Origin: Tubulanus polymorphus
Lineage: Eukaryota; Animalia; Nemertea
Length of the DNA: 64,000 nt
Assembly: GCF_964204645.1 (NCBI RefSeq)
Contig: NC_134025.1
Location: forward strand, 26,144,299-26,208,298
Direction: 5' to 3'
Position numbers and translations under genes: made by a program. Below the pieces are notes generated by a model. That model was not told the origin of the DNA and did not search any database. It was given only the letters and a program-made list of their open reading frames with translations. The stretch's first letter is position 1, and the number at the start of each line of letters is the position of its first letter. This document shows positions 43,501-56,264 of this stretch, piece after piece.

Positions 43501-46500
43501 AAACTATCTCGACGTCGCGAGGTTCCTACGCGTAAATCCTTATAAAGGACTGTTCTTTTTCGATGGAAGATTTAGGCCGGTGCCTCTCGGTCAAACGTTT
43601 ATAGGAATCAAAGCTATCGGTCGATTACAGCAATTACAAGATATGAATAAAGTCTGTTACGATAAGGTTTTTGAACAAGTGAAGAAAGGAGAACAGGTAG
43701 GAGATATAGCAATACTTGAATCATAAATAATATGGTTCATTAATCTAGTTCCACTTTTTAACTGCTGTTTTATATTGTCTTGTTGTATTAAAGGTGATGG
43801 TATTTGTTCATGCGAGGAATGAAACAGTTCGAACTGCCATGACTTTACGAGAGTTGGCAAAAAATAAAGGTGATATGGGATCATTTTGTCCCGCTGATGG
43901 TCCCAGATTTGGTGAAGCTATGAAACAGGTAGATACATCATTTGTATGTATTAGGCCAGGAAAAAGAAGGATTTATTTAGTTATCATTAATACTTTATTT
44001 TATCAAAGGTTATGAGATCTCGTAATAAAGAAATGAAGGAACTGTTTGCGGATGGGTTTAGTATTCATCATGCTGGTATGCTACGCTCTGATAGGAATAT
44101 GGTTGAGAAATACTTCGCTGATGGTCACTTACGGGTGTTAGTTTGTACGGCCACGCTAGCTTGGGGTGTTAACTTACCAGCTCATGCAGTCATTATTAAG
44201 GTTTGTCTTTTATGAGAATATTTTTTATTGTAAACATAAGTTTTAAGAGAATATTTACACTGGGTAATATGAACACAGTAAAACACGTTAGAAGCAGAAA
44301 TGAGATTGGTTCTTGTTATATACTTTCAGGGCACTCAAATATATGATGCAAAGCGAGGTACGTTCGTCGATCTCGGGATTCTAGATGTAATGCAGATATT
44401 TGGTCGAGCAGGTCGACCACAATTTGATAAATACGGTCACGGTACTATTATTACCACTCACGATATGTTGTCGCATTATTTGTCTCTGATGACTCGACAA
44501 AATCCGATTGAAAGTCAATTCACAAACAGTCTGAATGATAACCTGAATGCCGAGGTAGGTCTTTTGAGATTTGACTAAGAATATATGCAAATGTTTTATT
44601 GGTACTGTTGTAAAGTTCTATGCGTTTCTTGTTTACCAGATATCACTCGGAACAGTAACAAACATTGATGAAGCAGTTAAATGGCTTAGTTACACGTACA
44701 TGTTTGTAAGAATGCGATGTAACCCTCTAGTTTATGGAATCGGTTACAATACCATCCAGGTATTAAAAATCAAATATACAATGTATATTTATTCCACATT
44801 TTCGTGGAGCGTTGCTTTTCTTTCCACATTTTCGTGGAGCGTTGCTTTTCTTTCATGGTATGGAATTGTTATTGTTGTAGGAGGACCCCACTCTAGAGAA
44901 TCACCGGCGTGAACTTGTAGTAATCGCAGGTCGGGCTTTAGATAAAGCTCACATGATAAGATTTGATGAAAGAACCGGTTACATGGCGTGTACTGATCTC
45001 GGAAGAACGGCTAGTCACTTCTATATCAAATACGAAACGGTTGAGGTAGGGGAACAGTTTCTCAACTATGACAATGTCTGGGTTAGATCACAATCTTGAC
45101 TGATTAGAACTGAATGGCATTTATTGTACACATTCGATATTTTTCTATAGGTTTTCAATGAAATGTTCGGCGCACTGATGACTGAGGCGGATGTATTCTC
45201 AATGGTATCACAAGCTCAGGAATTTCAACAAATTAAGGTATACAATGTACATGTATTTAGTTACTGGGATATATTTCTCAAATACAGCCAACACAAACCA
45301 TTCAGCTTAATATGAAAGACCAATTTGAGAATGAAGAATAGAGTCTGAAATGTTTCCTTAAGCTTGTTGTGTATTCAACATTTCGACTATATCCTAATAG
45401 TCATCCTCGGCAGGAATTCTCTGATTCTTTGTGTAGGATTTCATATTATCATTACAAGATGGACAGCGCTTGCATCTGATTAAGCTTAGTTTAATTTAAC
45501 GTCTAAACTTTTATTTATAATTAAAAGGTTCGCGATGAAGAAATGGAAGAACTAGAGTTTCATCATCACGATAGTTGTGTTATGCCAGCAGCTGGTGGAG
45601 TCGAAAATGCGCATGGAAAAGTGAACATTCTGCTGCAGACTTATATCTCCAGACGAGGTGTCGATAGTTTCTCATTGATTTCTGATCTATCTTACGTTGC
45701 TCAGGTAACAAAACAAAGTTTCTATATTTTTTGATACGTTTGAACAAATTTTCACATTCTCTCGTTTGATTACAGAATTCCGGCCGTATCACTAGAGCGC
45801 TGTTTGAGATCGCTTTACGGAAAGGTTGGCCGATAATGGCTGGACGACTGCTCATGTTGAGTAAAGTCATCGATAAGAGACTTTGGGAGTTCGAACATCC
45901 GTTACGACAATTCACCGTCTTATCTCCTGAAATCCTGCACAAAATTGAAGTGAAAAAACTCACTATTGATAAACTAAGGGAGATGGATTCTAAAGAAATA
46001 GGTAATTATAACGCTTAAAGAGTTTAGATTATCAGAATGCTATTCATTCATTTGATACATTATGTTTAACATTATAGGACATTTAATTCATCATGTAAGG
46101 ATGGGTGGAATGGTGAAGAAGTGTGTCGAACAGTTTCCAACTATTGGATTAGAAGCTACAATCCAACCGATTACACGAACTGTGTTACGAGTGCGATTGA
46201 CCGTTACACCTGAGTTTACGTGGAACGATAAAATACACGGCAGCGGTTCGGAACCGTTCTGGATCTGGGTAGAAGATCCCGATAACAATCACATCTATCA
46301 TTCCGAGTACTTTCTACTTCAAAAGAAACAGGTATGATTTAGATAATAAGTGAATTCACAATTGATGATGTTTAGATAGATATATTTTTCAAACATTTCA
46401 AGGTTTTAACTAAATCTTATCATCGGAGAAACAAATATTTATGTTTCTCTGATGGTGAGATTTAGTAATTATTAGGGCCCGGTTCCACAGTTGTGGGTTA

Positions 46501-49500
46501 GAGGTATCTCTTGAGTTTATGTCAAAGTTCATTTGCAATAACTGTGGAACCGGATCCAGAAGAATAGATTTATATGAGCCTAATTGATTGTGGGTTCATT
46601 TATCATCTTCGAAATATCCGAGAATATATCAGTCGACCATTAGTTTACATTAGTAAGTTTAATTATGAGAGAAATGCTGAACAAGTTTGCATCATTTCGG
46701 ATTATATTTTAGGTCGTACAGCAAGATCCGCAGTCAATACTCTTCACAATTCCGATTTTCGATCCATTACCGACGCAGTATATAATACGAGCTATATCTG
46801 ATCGCTGGTTGAAATCGGAAACGACTCATGCGATTTCATTCCAGCATCTTATTCTACCCGAAAGGCATCCTCCTCATACAGGTACATTTTTGTTGTCTTT
46901 ACTCTTTTCTTGTGTAACATATTCTGACGAAATGAAAGTGAATTGATGACCTGTTAATTCTTTCTTTCTCGTAGAACTGTTAGATTTACAGCCGCTGCCG
47001 ATATCTGCTCTGAATGACGTTCGATTGGAATCGTTGTATAAATATACTCACTTCAATCCTGTACAGACACAGATATTTCATACGCTGTATCACACAGACT
47101 GTAACGTACTACTCGGAGCCCCGACTGGATCGGGGAAAACCGTTGCCGCTGAAATGGCTATTTTTAGAGTATTCCGTATCTTTCCTAAAATGAAGGTATG
47201 CATCACTGGATGATGTTCATTCATGAGTTATATCTCATTGTGAGTTTGATATGTGTTAGTTGTAATATATCTAACGTAGGTAGTGTACCGAAAATTCATT
47301 CATATCTTCTTTGACCTTCATGTATTGTTTTATAGGCTGTTTATATCGCACCATTGAAGGCTTTAGTTCGAGAACGTATGGAGGACTGGAAAATACGAAT
47401 AGAACAGAAACTTGGCCGAAAGTAAGTGTTTGGATGGATATTGTCACAATTCAAGAGTAGATTGAAATCATATTTTGTCTGAAGTTCTGCATCCTAACAG
47501 TCGCCATGATCTGATGGATAATTTAAAATATATTTTGCAGAGTTGTAGAATTGACTGGAGATGTTACGCCGGATATGAGAGCTATAAAAGCGGCTGATTT
47601 GATTATTACGACTCCTGAGAAGTGGGATGGTATCAGTCGAAGTTGGCAGAACCGTAGTTACGTACAGGATGTCGCTCTATTAGTCATTGATGAAATTCAT
47701 CTTCTCGGTAAGGAGTGCTTATTTGAATTAGACTGATTTTAATCAAATCATTTGAATTGATGTTGCCATTTATATCATATGTTCGATTACAGGTGATGAC
47801 CGTGGACCCGTTTTAGAAGTAATAGTCTCGAGAACTAATTTCATATCATCTCACACATCAAAAGCAGTCCGAGTTGTCGGTTTGTCGACTGCCTTGGCAA
47901 ACGCTCGTGATCTAGCTGATTGGCTCGGTATAAAACAAGTAAGTTAGCGAGTAATCAATTGGTGAAGAGGGTCAGTGCTTTCAAAGCTATTTAATATTTT
48001 GTAATGATTTTCAGATGGGGCTGTTCAATTTCCGACCGTCCGTTAGACCGGTTCCGTTGGAGGCTCACATTCAAGGCTTCCCGGGGAAACATTACTGTCC
48101 AAGAATGGCGACTATGAACAAGCCAACTTTCCAAGGTATTCATCGCTATTTTTAGTATGATTTTGAAATATTGGGATTTACGGTGAAGTTTTTATTATGT
48201 ATTTGATGTATTTGTTAATTCTAGCGATCAAGTCTCATTCTCCTGTTAAACCGGTGCTGATATTTGTGTCGAGTAGACGTCAGACTCGATTAACAGCTCT
48301 TGATTTAATCGCGTTCTTAGCCGCTGATGACAATCCTAAACAATGGTTACACATGCCTGAAGCTGAGGTAATAATTTTAGTTTCTATGTATCTGCTCAAA
48401 AGCTTTGAGGATACTATTGAGGCAGTAGCTAGGCTATACGTAGATTTAAGACTACTTATTGCTATATAAGCCAAGATCAGAAATTTCTGATTCGAAATCA
48501 AAGATATATTTGTTAAATGGCCTTGTACAGATATAATGTACAAATTTTACAAACTCATATTTTATATTTTAGTGATGCAATTTATTTCTATAGCAGTTAT
48601 GCAAATTATTCAGACTCACTTGTATCTTCATATAATGTCTCTATAATCCACGTATTCACTGCTTTTTCGAGAATCGTGTTATTTACACTTTCTTTGATTA
48701 ATCTTTCCTTTGGATTAATTGCTTGTGATTCATGAATACAATGTATATTGGTTTATACGACAAAACGATGGATAGTCAGATACATTTATTCACCAATTGA
48801 CACTAAATCAATGGCTAGTGAGATACATTTATTCACCTTTTATTCACCAATTGACCACAGAGTAATGGATAGTCACATATATTTATTCAGCTCTAATTAA
48901 CCAATTGAATGACCATTTCAGATCATACTTTGATATAAAGCGCAGGCGTGTGTGGTGTCTATATTAAATACCGAGCAATCAATCTCGTTATAAACATTTT
49001 CATTACCTCAATGCTAACAAACCGTGCATTAACGCATTATCAGATGTCCCTTGTAATGAATGTATTAATTACGTGGATTTGAAGGCAGAATATCTGAACA
49101 TAACGCGTTAACGTGATCGACAAAAAATTGCATTTTCGACGGCACGGATTGATTAATCCGGAAATAATATCCGTACTTTTTTCTGGGAATATTTCTCGTG
49201 GCCGATCTATTATATCATGTACCGTGATAGATTGTAAATGACAGTTTGCGCCGGCTGCAAAACGACGTTCCTAGTTATAGCAACCCCAGAATTGATGACC
49301 TGATGAGAAACGGTTCCGGCATACAAATTATATGGATTTTTTTGTGTATTGTACCGCGCGACAGTGAGCCTTTTTGGTGATGAAGTAGATTTCATTTGTA
49401 GTCTCCGACTCGGCAGTCATTACGTAATTATTTCACGGCATATGCTCGGAGATGACAAGTATTATGCGCGGCTTCATTAGTCTTGACCGCATTTAACGAC

Positions 49501-52500
49501 TGACACCAGTTGTGTCTGGACTACGTAGCGGTACTTACACGGATAAATCAGTTCAGACCGGCAGAGAGTCTCTGAATAAAATACTCTCATTTACTGTATT
49601 ACTCATTTGAAGATATAACTGGATTACAGAAATGAAGGGTTAAAGAACCCATGGGGCCTGTTTAATACACAAAAACTAGTTAGACTGGAATATTTAACTG
49701 AAGGATCTCTCCAGCGGCTAGGCTAAGTTTATTGAGTACAGCTCTCGACGTAATTGTATAATGGATTTTGTAAAACATATTTCTCGCTGTTTTGGATGCT
49801 TGAAAAAGATAAGTTTGTAATCAACCCACACGCTTCATAGAGAAGGGTTTGTTAGGAATTTTTGTGTGAAAGCAGTAGCGCATTGCATTATCGACCTCAT
49901 CAGCTTCTTCATTGACATTAAAACAGAATATTTCCGTGGCTTAATGGATTTTATGAATCAACTGAATGAATTCAACGTTGTGTGCAATTTTATCTGCATA
50001 TGAAGCAAAACTAAAAATCTTTGTTTTATAACTTGTGGCGGAGTATGTTACTAAATGTAGAGATGATGCCATATAAGTACTCGTGTACAGAACAGTTCTT
50101 GCAGGGTTTTTTCTCGAGTCGTAGAGGAATTCTCATTGATTCGGCGGTGCAGGAAAAGGCCTGATGGCATTTGATCAGATCAGAAAACTCCGTGCTCGAT
50201 CGTCGATAAAAACATCAATATTCATGTGTGTAATATTTTAGTATATCATATCTGGCGATGACATTTTGGCTTTGAATACCATAGTTACTTCGATGGACAT
50301 TTTATGTACCAGTACTCTGATTAGAACTGTGTTTTTATCGAAATGTTTTGGTTTGAGCTCGCGGATTATACGCAGCTGTTTAATGGATAAACTCTGTTTG
50401 AAAATTGTTACAATCTTTGGTCGTTATTTCCAGTCGGGTTTGTCGCTGGCTTTTAGTTTTGTTTGCGTACACGCCGTCGAGAGAACGACATACTCTAAGT
50501 GATTATCGTGTTTCCGAAGAAGTCTTTGCGATTAACTTTGCGAATTACTGTCGACGATATTTTCGCTGGATTTTTTTTGCGAAACTACGTATACTCGCTA
50601 AAAATTTGAATAATAACATCTTATTACTGAGATTCATCAACTAGAGCATCACTTTTCCGAATGGATCGTCACTACCAGCATACACGACAAGATCGCGGCA
50701 AACAATTCGCTATTCTGCCATGAGGCATTATGTGTGACCGGATTTTTCAGAACGGAATTGATCATACGTGGTTGGATCCGAGAACGTTAATAAAGACGTC
50801 TAGCGATGACGCTGCACCTGAAAATGATTCCGTCTTCGTCTACACTTATGCATCGCGAAGCATTTGTTTTAATCAGACGGTGATTGTGTCTGACAACATT
50901 GTGTCTGATTTTCATTCGCAAGCAGATTAAGCCGGATTTGATATCGGTTTCATGTTCTTCTATGGGGGATACGTATGTTTGCATTTTTCATAGCTTAGTT
51001 ACGGATACGGAGTGGTTGATGTCGAGTCTAGTGGAATAAACAACATCCAAGTATAACGTTGCGTCTCTGATGACCGAAATCATTTAAGCGATAGTAGATA
51101 TTTTTACGATGCCGTTTCTTTTGTGTGCTTAGGAATTGTTGGAGATGCGTCTATTTACATTTTTTATAGCCCAGCTCTAATAAATGGAATATACCAGACA
51201 TAACTGTAACGTTGCGTGTGTGATGACCGAAATTATCAAAAGTGGTACTTAATATTTCAAAGATTGCGATCTAAGTTGCGCGATTAGGAATTGTCAGCAG
51301 TTCTCTATTAATTGCTGGTGCGTAGACTGTAACTGTATTATCGCGTAAGAATTATTACTGTAAGATTTGTACCCATAAAAGCTAATGAAGTGTCGTGGTG
51401 ACAGACTCACTATCCCGACAATGTCAAGTTATTGGTTTGTCGATACACTCGGTGATCGTTGAAGTGTCTGCTATTAATTGGCTCATCTCATCAGACGGAT
51501 CGTTGCGTTACGGATAAATGATAGTCTAAAATGCTGTTAGTCATGCGGAGAATATGTTTGAAATTTATAACGTTCAAGAAATTCGCTCTGTCAATCGTCG
51601 TCGTTTATTTCGTGATGCTTCTCTATTTTATGCGGACGTCGTTTGAAGGCAGTCGACTGTTCGGTGTTTCGGATTCGCCGCGGGAACGATACGAATCGAA
51701 GAGCGTCGTTCCTCGTTTTCGACTTCCCGTTCTTTCGAACGAACGACGACGACGTATCGCATCTGGCAAATCATCCTCCGCCCGTCAGCGATATCGAGTA
51801 TTGCCCGTATCCGATGGTTACGCCGCGCGCACCGGTAATGGATTTTTAACTCGAAACGATAAAAATCTACCCGCGGTGTCCGCGGTAACTTCTGAAAAAA
51901 ATGGAAAGGATTTCAAAGAAATGTATACAAGACAATGCGGCAGTAAGAAATTTGTTAAAAATTTGAACACATTTCAGCCATTAGGGTTTGATATCTGGTT
52001 GTATTCGGCTTATATCGATTACCGTTTGCCTGCGAAGACATTTATTCGTGTCATCGTCCTCGCTAAACATTCGCAAATATTGAAAAGGAGTTTATTTTGC
52101 CTTTTCGGACACGACAGTGATCGCGATGAGGAAGATGATCTCGTACGCATGTCGAAATACGAAATGTGCGAAAACCACAATAATATTTACGGCGGATTTA
52201 TACTCTCCTGTTCGGTTCCCAAAAAGCGAGAATCTTTGTGCTCGGTGAAGATTTTGTTGAAAACAGACGTTTCTAATAAATCCTGCATCGTCCCGCTGTC
52301 AGTGATCCCACCTCTCAGAAATGACGACATTATTCCTAAAAGATATACATTCGGAGTTTGTCTGCCCCCTTTATTCGGGACGACGAGCGTGAATAGATTA
52401 GTCGAATATATCGAGTTACACAAACTGCTCGGGGTTGAGAAGTTTGTCATGTATAAATATGATGGATATAGTAACGAAGTTGCCAGGGTGATAGAGAACT

Positions 52501-54907
52501 ACGTCAGTCAGGAACTTATTGACCTGATCCCGTGGAGTTTACCTTCAGTGGTTCGTCACCGGTCGAGACTGTGGTATCACGGTCAGATCATAGCTATTAA
52601 CGACTGTCTTTATCGAACTATGAACGATTTCATGTACGTTTCGTTCAGCGACTTGGACGAGTTCCTGATTCCGCAAAATCATATCACGTGGAATCAGTTG
52701 TTCAGCTCGTTGGATTCCACCAACGTAAGCGGGTATTGTTTCCACAGTACGTTTTTTAATCCGAGTCCGAAGCCGTCGTCGTCGCTGATTACGACTTCGA
52801 ATTATCTACGCACGAAAATGACAAGCAGCGTGCGATCGAAGTGCGTCGTGATTCCGGAACGCGTGTTCGAAAAGGGTATTCACCATATCAGTAAACCCGT
52901 CGCTCATTACAAATCGTTAAGCCTCGCGCCGTCGATCGGCGTTTATCATCATTACCGTAATTGTTTGAGAAATTTTCACATGGACTGCAAGAACTACGTT
53001 TACGATTTTGCCGTCAAGAAATTCGCAAAGCTTCTCGAAGATAATGTCAAGGCTGCGAAATCGGAAGCGCAGTCGGCATAAACGCTCTCATGATCAAGAG
53101 ATCGTGTGTGTTTAGAGACGTCGCAGCTCGAGGGCCCGACGTCGGTTCATATTTCTGTCGTGATAATTTCAGTTACTCCTACGTTCGAGGTGTGCTCGGT
53201 ATATCATCTTCGTTTACGTTTCCCATATCTTTTTCTACCTTGAGTTTGTCAAAATTGTTGTTCGTTGATCTCCCGATTAAAAATATTTTATAAAGGTGAA
53301 AAAAAAACAATTTTCTTTTGTTTTTCTCGATGAGCTTTATCCATTCTTATTAAAGATTGAACCGGAGGCTCAATATAGGGGATGAAAAAGCTTAGCACTT
53401 TTGCCATTTTACTGATATTACAGATGACGAAAGTGCTACGCTTTTATTCCCTCTATAATGAGCCTTATACATTATATCAGCTTTGATGCTGTTGTTTGCT
53501 AGATGTTACAGCGAATTACCAGTCCAGAGGATGATTGCGGAAATAGAACCTACTTTCACGATATCCTATGATAACATCTGATATATGAGATATGAATCTT
53601 TCCCGAGACATTTATGAGTTTTGAAGATGTAAAATTCGGAAATACGCAAGATTTATGGACAGACACGCGTCATAATATGAATCTCCATGAATTATTGGTA
53701 GCGGGATGGAAACAATAAACGATGCGACTTGTGATTTAGAAAATTTACAAAAAACAAGTGATATTGGAATCTTTGCTTTATGTCGAGATTATGAAATCAA
53801 TAAAATAATTAGATGAAACGGAATTCTATGAATATCTTTTTAGATTGAGCAGATTATAAATGGTGTTAAAGATACTAATTTGAAGTTAATGTTAGCATTT
53901 GGTATTGGTATACATCACGCCGGTTTGCACGAACGTGATAGGAGAACTGTTGAGGAGCTATTTGTCAATCAAAAAATACAGGTATTCACTATTATAACAA
54001 ATGTTTAACAACCACATTGTTTGATTTGTGTAAATTATAAGGATGGCATGAGAACTGGATGAATATTCATTGCGCACTCTGATATGCATTAGTTTGATTT
54101 GATTAAGTCAGTACGCAATTCTGTAATTGTTACTTAAACATTGAAATGTAAGTGTTGGATACAATTCAAAGGTCCACAGGATCTGATTCATCGTTGTTCC
54201 ACAGTATAAATACTGAATGTTATATATAGATTTTTGTTTCAGTATATATACTGAATATGAGAATTAGATACTGAATTCGCAGACTTTTTCTAATGCCTTG
54301 CACTGAGGTAGATTTGTTGGTATGAAATTTCTGATTCGGTTTTTTCTCAAGGTGCTAATCGCTACCAGTACGCTTGCATGGGGTGTCAACTTTCCTGCTC
54401 ATTTGGTCGTTATTAAAGGCACTGAATATTACGACGGCAAATCTAAACGATACGTAGACTTCCCAATTACTGGTTAGTATACATGATTCCAGGCACTTAT
54501 TAAGACTGTGTCACCATCTACTGCTAATACTGGAAACTAATTCGATCCTTTGTTTTTCTGTAGATGTACTGCAGATGATGGGCCGAGCTGGCCGACCACA
54601 ATTCGACGACCAAGGCGTAGCTGTCATTCTAGTCCACGATGTTAAAAAGCATTTCTACAAGAAATTCTTGTACGAACCATTCCCTGTCGAATCTAGGTAC
54701 ATATTCCTATAAAATAGAACTCTAAAACATGAACAAATTGATGATCATCTGTAATGATTCGACATTGATTAATCATTTCAGTCTACTCGAGGTGCTCCCG
54801 GATCATTTGAATGCTGAAATTGTTGCCGGAACGGTTGCCTCGAAACAAGATGCAATGGACTACATTACATGGACATATTTCTTCCGAAGACTCGTTATGA
54901 ATCCAAG
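40587..54907 (+). CDS. ASCC3: Activating signal cointegrator 1 complex subunit 3, tandem Ski2-like DExH helicase (partial; 3' exons not found in the window)
   Basis: 30 exons: 40587-40845, 40983-41654, 41792-41850, 41947-42086, 42174-42315, 42409-42537, 42628-42828, 42981-43121, 43201-43365, 43448-43696, 43794-43928, 44009-44200, 44330-44554, 44640-44759, 44881-45045, 45151-45237, 45528-45704, 45776-46001, 46078-46331, 46713-46881, 46975-47195, 47336-47421, 47541-47707, 47793-47938, 48015-48135, 48225-48367, 53844-53981, 54352-54472, 54564-54696, 54782-54907. N-terminus [16 protein letters not shown] and [10 protein letters not shown] are ASCC3-type rather than BRR2-type; two Walker A motifs ([16 protein letters not shown]), DEVH/DEIH, and GRAGRPQFD twice. 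Confidence 0.96.
44792..44854. repeat. 30-bp perfect tandem duplication in an ASCC3 intron
   Basis: ttccacattttcgtggagcgttgcttttct x2. Confidence 0.9.
46475..46557. mobile_element. Short MITE-like inverted repeat in an ASCC3 intron
   Basis: Perfect 14-bp inverted repeat ccggttccacagtt (46479-46492) / aactgtggaaccgg (46540-46553). Confidence 0.6.
48768..48910. repeat. Degenerate triple repeat containing three CCAAT boxes
   Basis: atgg(a/c)tagt..(g/c)ata(c/t)atttattca three times; ccaattga three times. Confidence 0.7.
51055..51300. repeat. Diverged ~154-bp direct duplication upstream of the GT92 ATG
   Basis: taacgttgcgt.t.tgatgaccgaaat...ttaggaattgt at about 51055 and 51207. Confidence 0.65.
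51531..53081 (+). CDS. Glycosyltransferase family 92 (DUF23; GALT-1-like beta-1,4-galactosyltransferase), type II membrane protein, intronless, nested in ASCC3 intron 26
   Basis: 516-aa single ORF; N-terminal basic tail plus TM ([16 protein letters not shown]); GT92 motifs [55 protein letters not shown]...GIH, HHYR. Confidence 0.88.
   Translation: MLLVMRRICLKFITFKKFALSIVVVYFVMLLYFMRTSFEGSRLFGVSDSPRERYESKSVVPRFRLPVLSNERRRRIASGKSSSARQRYRVLPVSDGYAARTGNGFLTRNDKNLPAVSAVTSEKNGKDFKEMYTRQCGSKKFVKNLNTFQPLGFDIWLYSAYIDYRLPAKTFIRVIVLAKHSQILKRSLFCLFGHDSDRDEEDDLVRMSKYEMCENHNNIYGGFILSCSVPKKRESLCSVKILLKTDVSNKSCIVPLSVIPPLRNDDIIPKRYTFGVCLPPLFGTTSVNRLVEYIELHKLLGVEKFVMYKYDGYSNEVARVIENYVSQELIDLIPWSLPSVVRHRSRLWYHGQIIAINDCLYRTMNDFMYVSFSDLDEFLIPQNHITWNQLFSSLDSTNVSGYCFHSTFFNPSPKPSSSLITTSNYLRTKMTSSVRSKCVVIPERVFEKGIHHISKPVAHYKSLSLAPSIGVYHHYRNCLRNFHMDCKNYVYDFAVKKFAKLLEDNVKAAKSEAQSA
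53366..53465. repeat. About 100-bp fold-back (MITE remnant or RNA hairpin) in the GT92 3' region
   Basis: aggctcaatataggggatgaaaaagcttagcacttttgccat pairs with atgacgaaagtgctacgcttttattccctctataatgagcct. Confidence 0.7.
53799..53804 (+). terminator. Candidate AATAAA polyadenylation signal of the nested GT92 gene (second copy at 53714-53719)
   Basis: Canonical hexamers between the GT92 stop (53081) and the next ASCC3 acceptor (53843). Confidence 0.55.
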
Positions 54908-56264
54908 GTAAATGTGAATAAAAACTATTAGAACACAGTATACCGGTGAAGCCCACCGCATACTAGTGTGCCATGGCGAATACACCGATAGGAGACGATG
55001 AAACCAAAAACTGTACCCGTTCACTAGTGATAACTGCGTCTACTGCTATTGTCGATCATGTGATCAATCAATCAGTTTATATGTACACATGCGCATTGAT
55101 ACGAAATCAAGCAACGCAAGTATGCTGAATTACTGGTTGCATTGTGACAGTAATATCAATCATGTTAGATATGAGCATCAACAAAAATTTTACCCACGAC
55201 CGACAAATTTGCTGAACATTTTTATTCATCCGCACAATAGGCTGATTCTACACTGGTGTATTTGTTGCAGTGTACTTGCTGCAGACTTTTAAGAACGCCA
55301 AAGAATTAAGTTTGTATCTATATAACTTTATTGTCTCAATTATCAGTGAAATAAGTTATAGCCAGGTTATCATTATGTACATCTCGTAGCGGTTATAACG
55401 TTTTATAAATTACTTTAACGGGAACATTTACAATCTTTGTTTATTTACATCTAATCATGAATGTACCAGGATCAGCTACCAAAAACTTTCAACGTTCAAC
55501 TTGTGCTCGTGCAAGTATTTCCGACATATAACCTGTTCAGACTGACTCAAGTCTGGCATTATTTTTCAGTACTATTACATTTTTAAGTACATGTAAAAAC
55601 TATTTATCACAATTTACACTCTATCACTAAAATAATGAATATATTAATTCCCAGAATATACACAACTGTTTATTGTTGATAATGTCATTGTAATTAAAAT
55701 ACAGCATAAATGCATTAGGCATGTATGTTTGTCATTGGTCATTCGATGCACGTTACAATCTATTCAAATACTAAACACATTCACTCCATAAATACTGACA
55801 CACACTGACGTATCTTTCATAATTTTCTGTACAAATCTATTTTCTATGGTTGGTTATTGTTGAGAGGAGATAAATCTGCACATGTAGTTCCTGGAGTCCT
55901 GACGTGTTGGAAATTGAATTCAATCCTCTAAATGATTATCTGCCTCTTTTCGTTTCTTTTTTTTGTGGTTGAAATTTACAAGTGCTTTCCATCGGAAGGG
56001 AGTTTTTTAAGTCGACACACTTTGGCACGCAAGAAGTCAGAAACATATCTATTGCACTTCCGTTATCACTCGCATATATCGCTATCTTTTTAACGTCTTT
56101 CAATAATCCGAGCTACCGAGCCTGCTGCTGAAAAAAGCTATAAAGCGTCCTTTTGCTTCGTACAAGAAATTGTTACTTTGTTTACATTTTGTGTGACAGT
56201 CTCACACTGATTTATAAGTTGTGCGTGAATTTTGTTGATATGTTCTTGTGAAGATCGATGTTAC

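Noticed and set aside
48768-48910. CRISPR-like repeat-spacer pattern
   Set aside because: Eukaryotic intron, three degenerate units with irregular spacing, and no cas genes.
40587-54907. BRR2/SNRNP200 as the identity of the helicase
   Set aside because: The N-terminal PRLTGAIR and PNYGCQV motifs and [13 protein letters not shown] are ASCC3-type.
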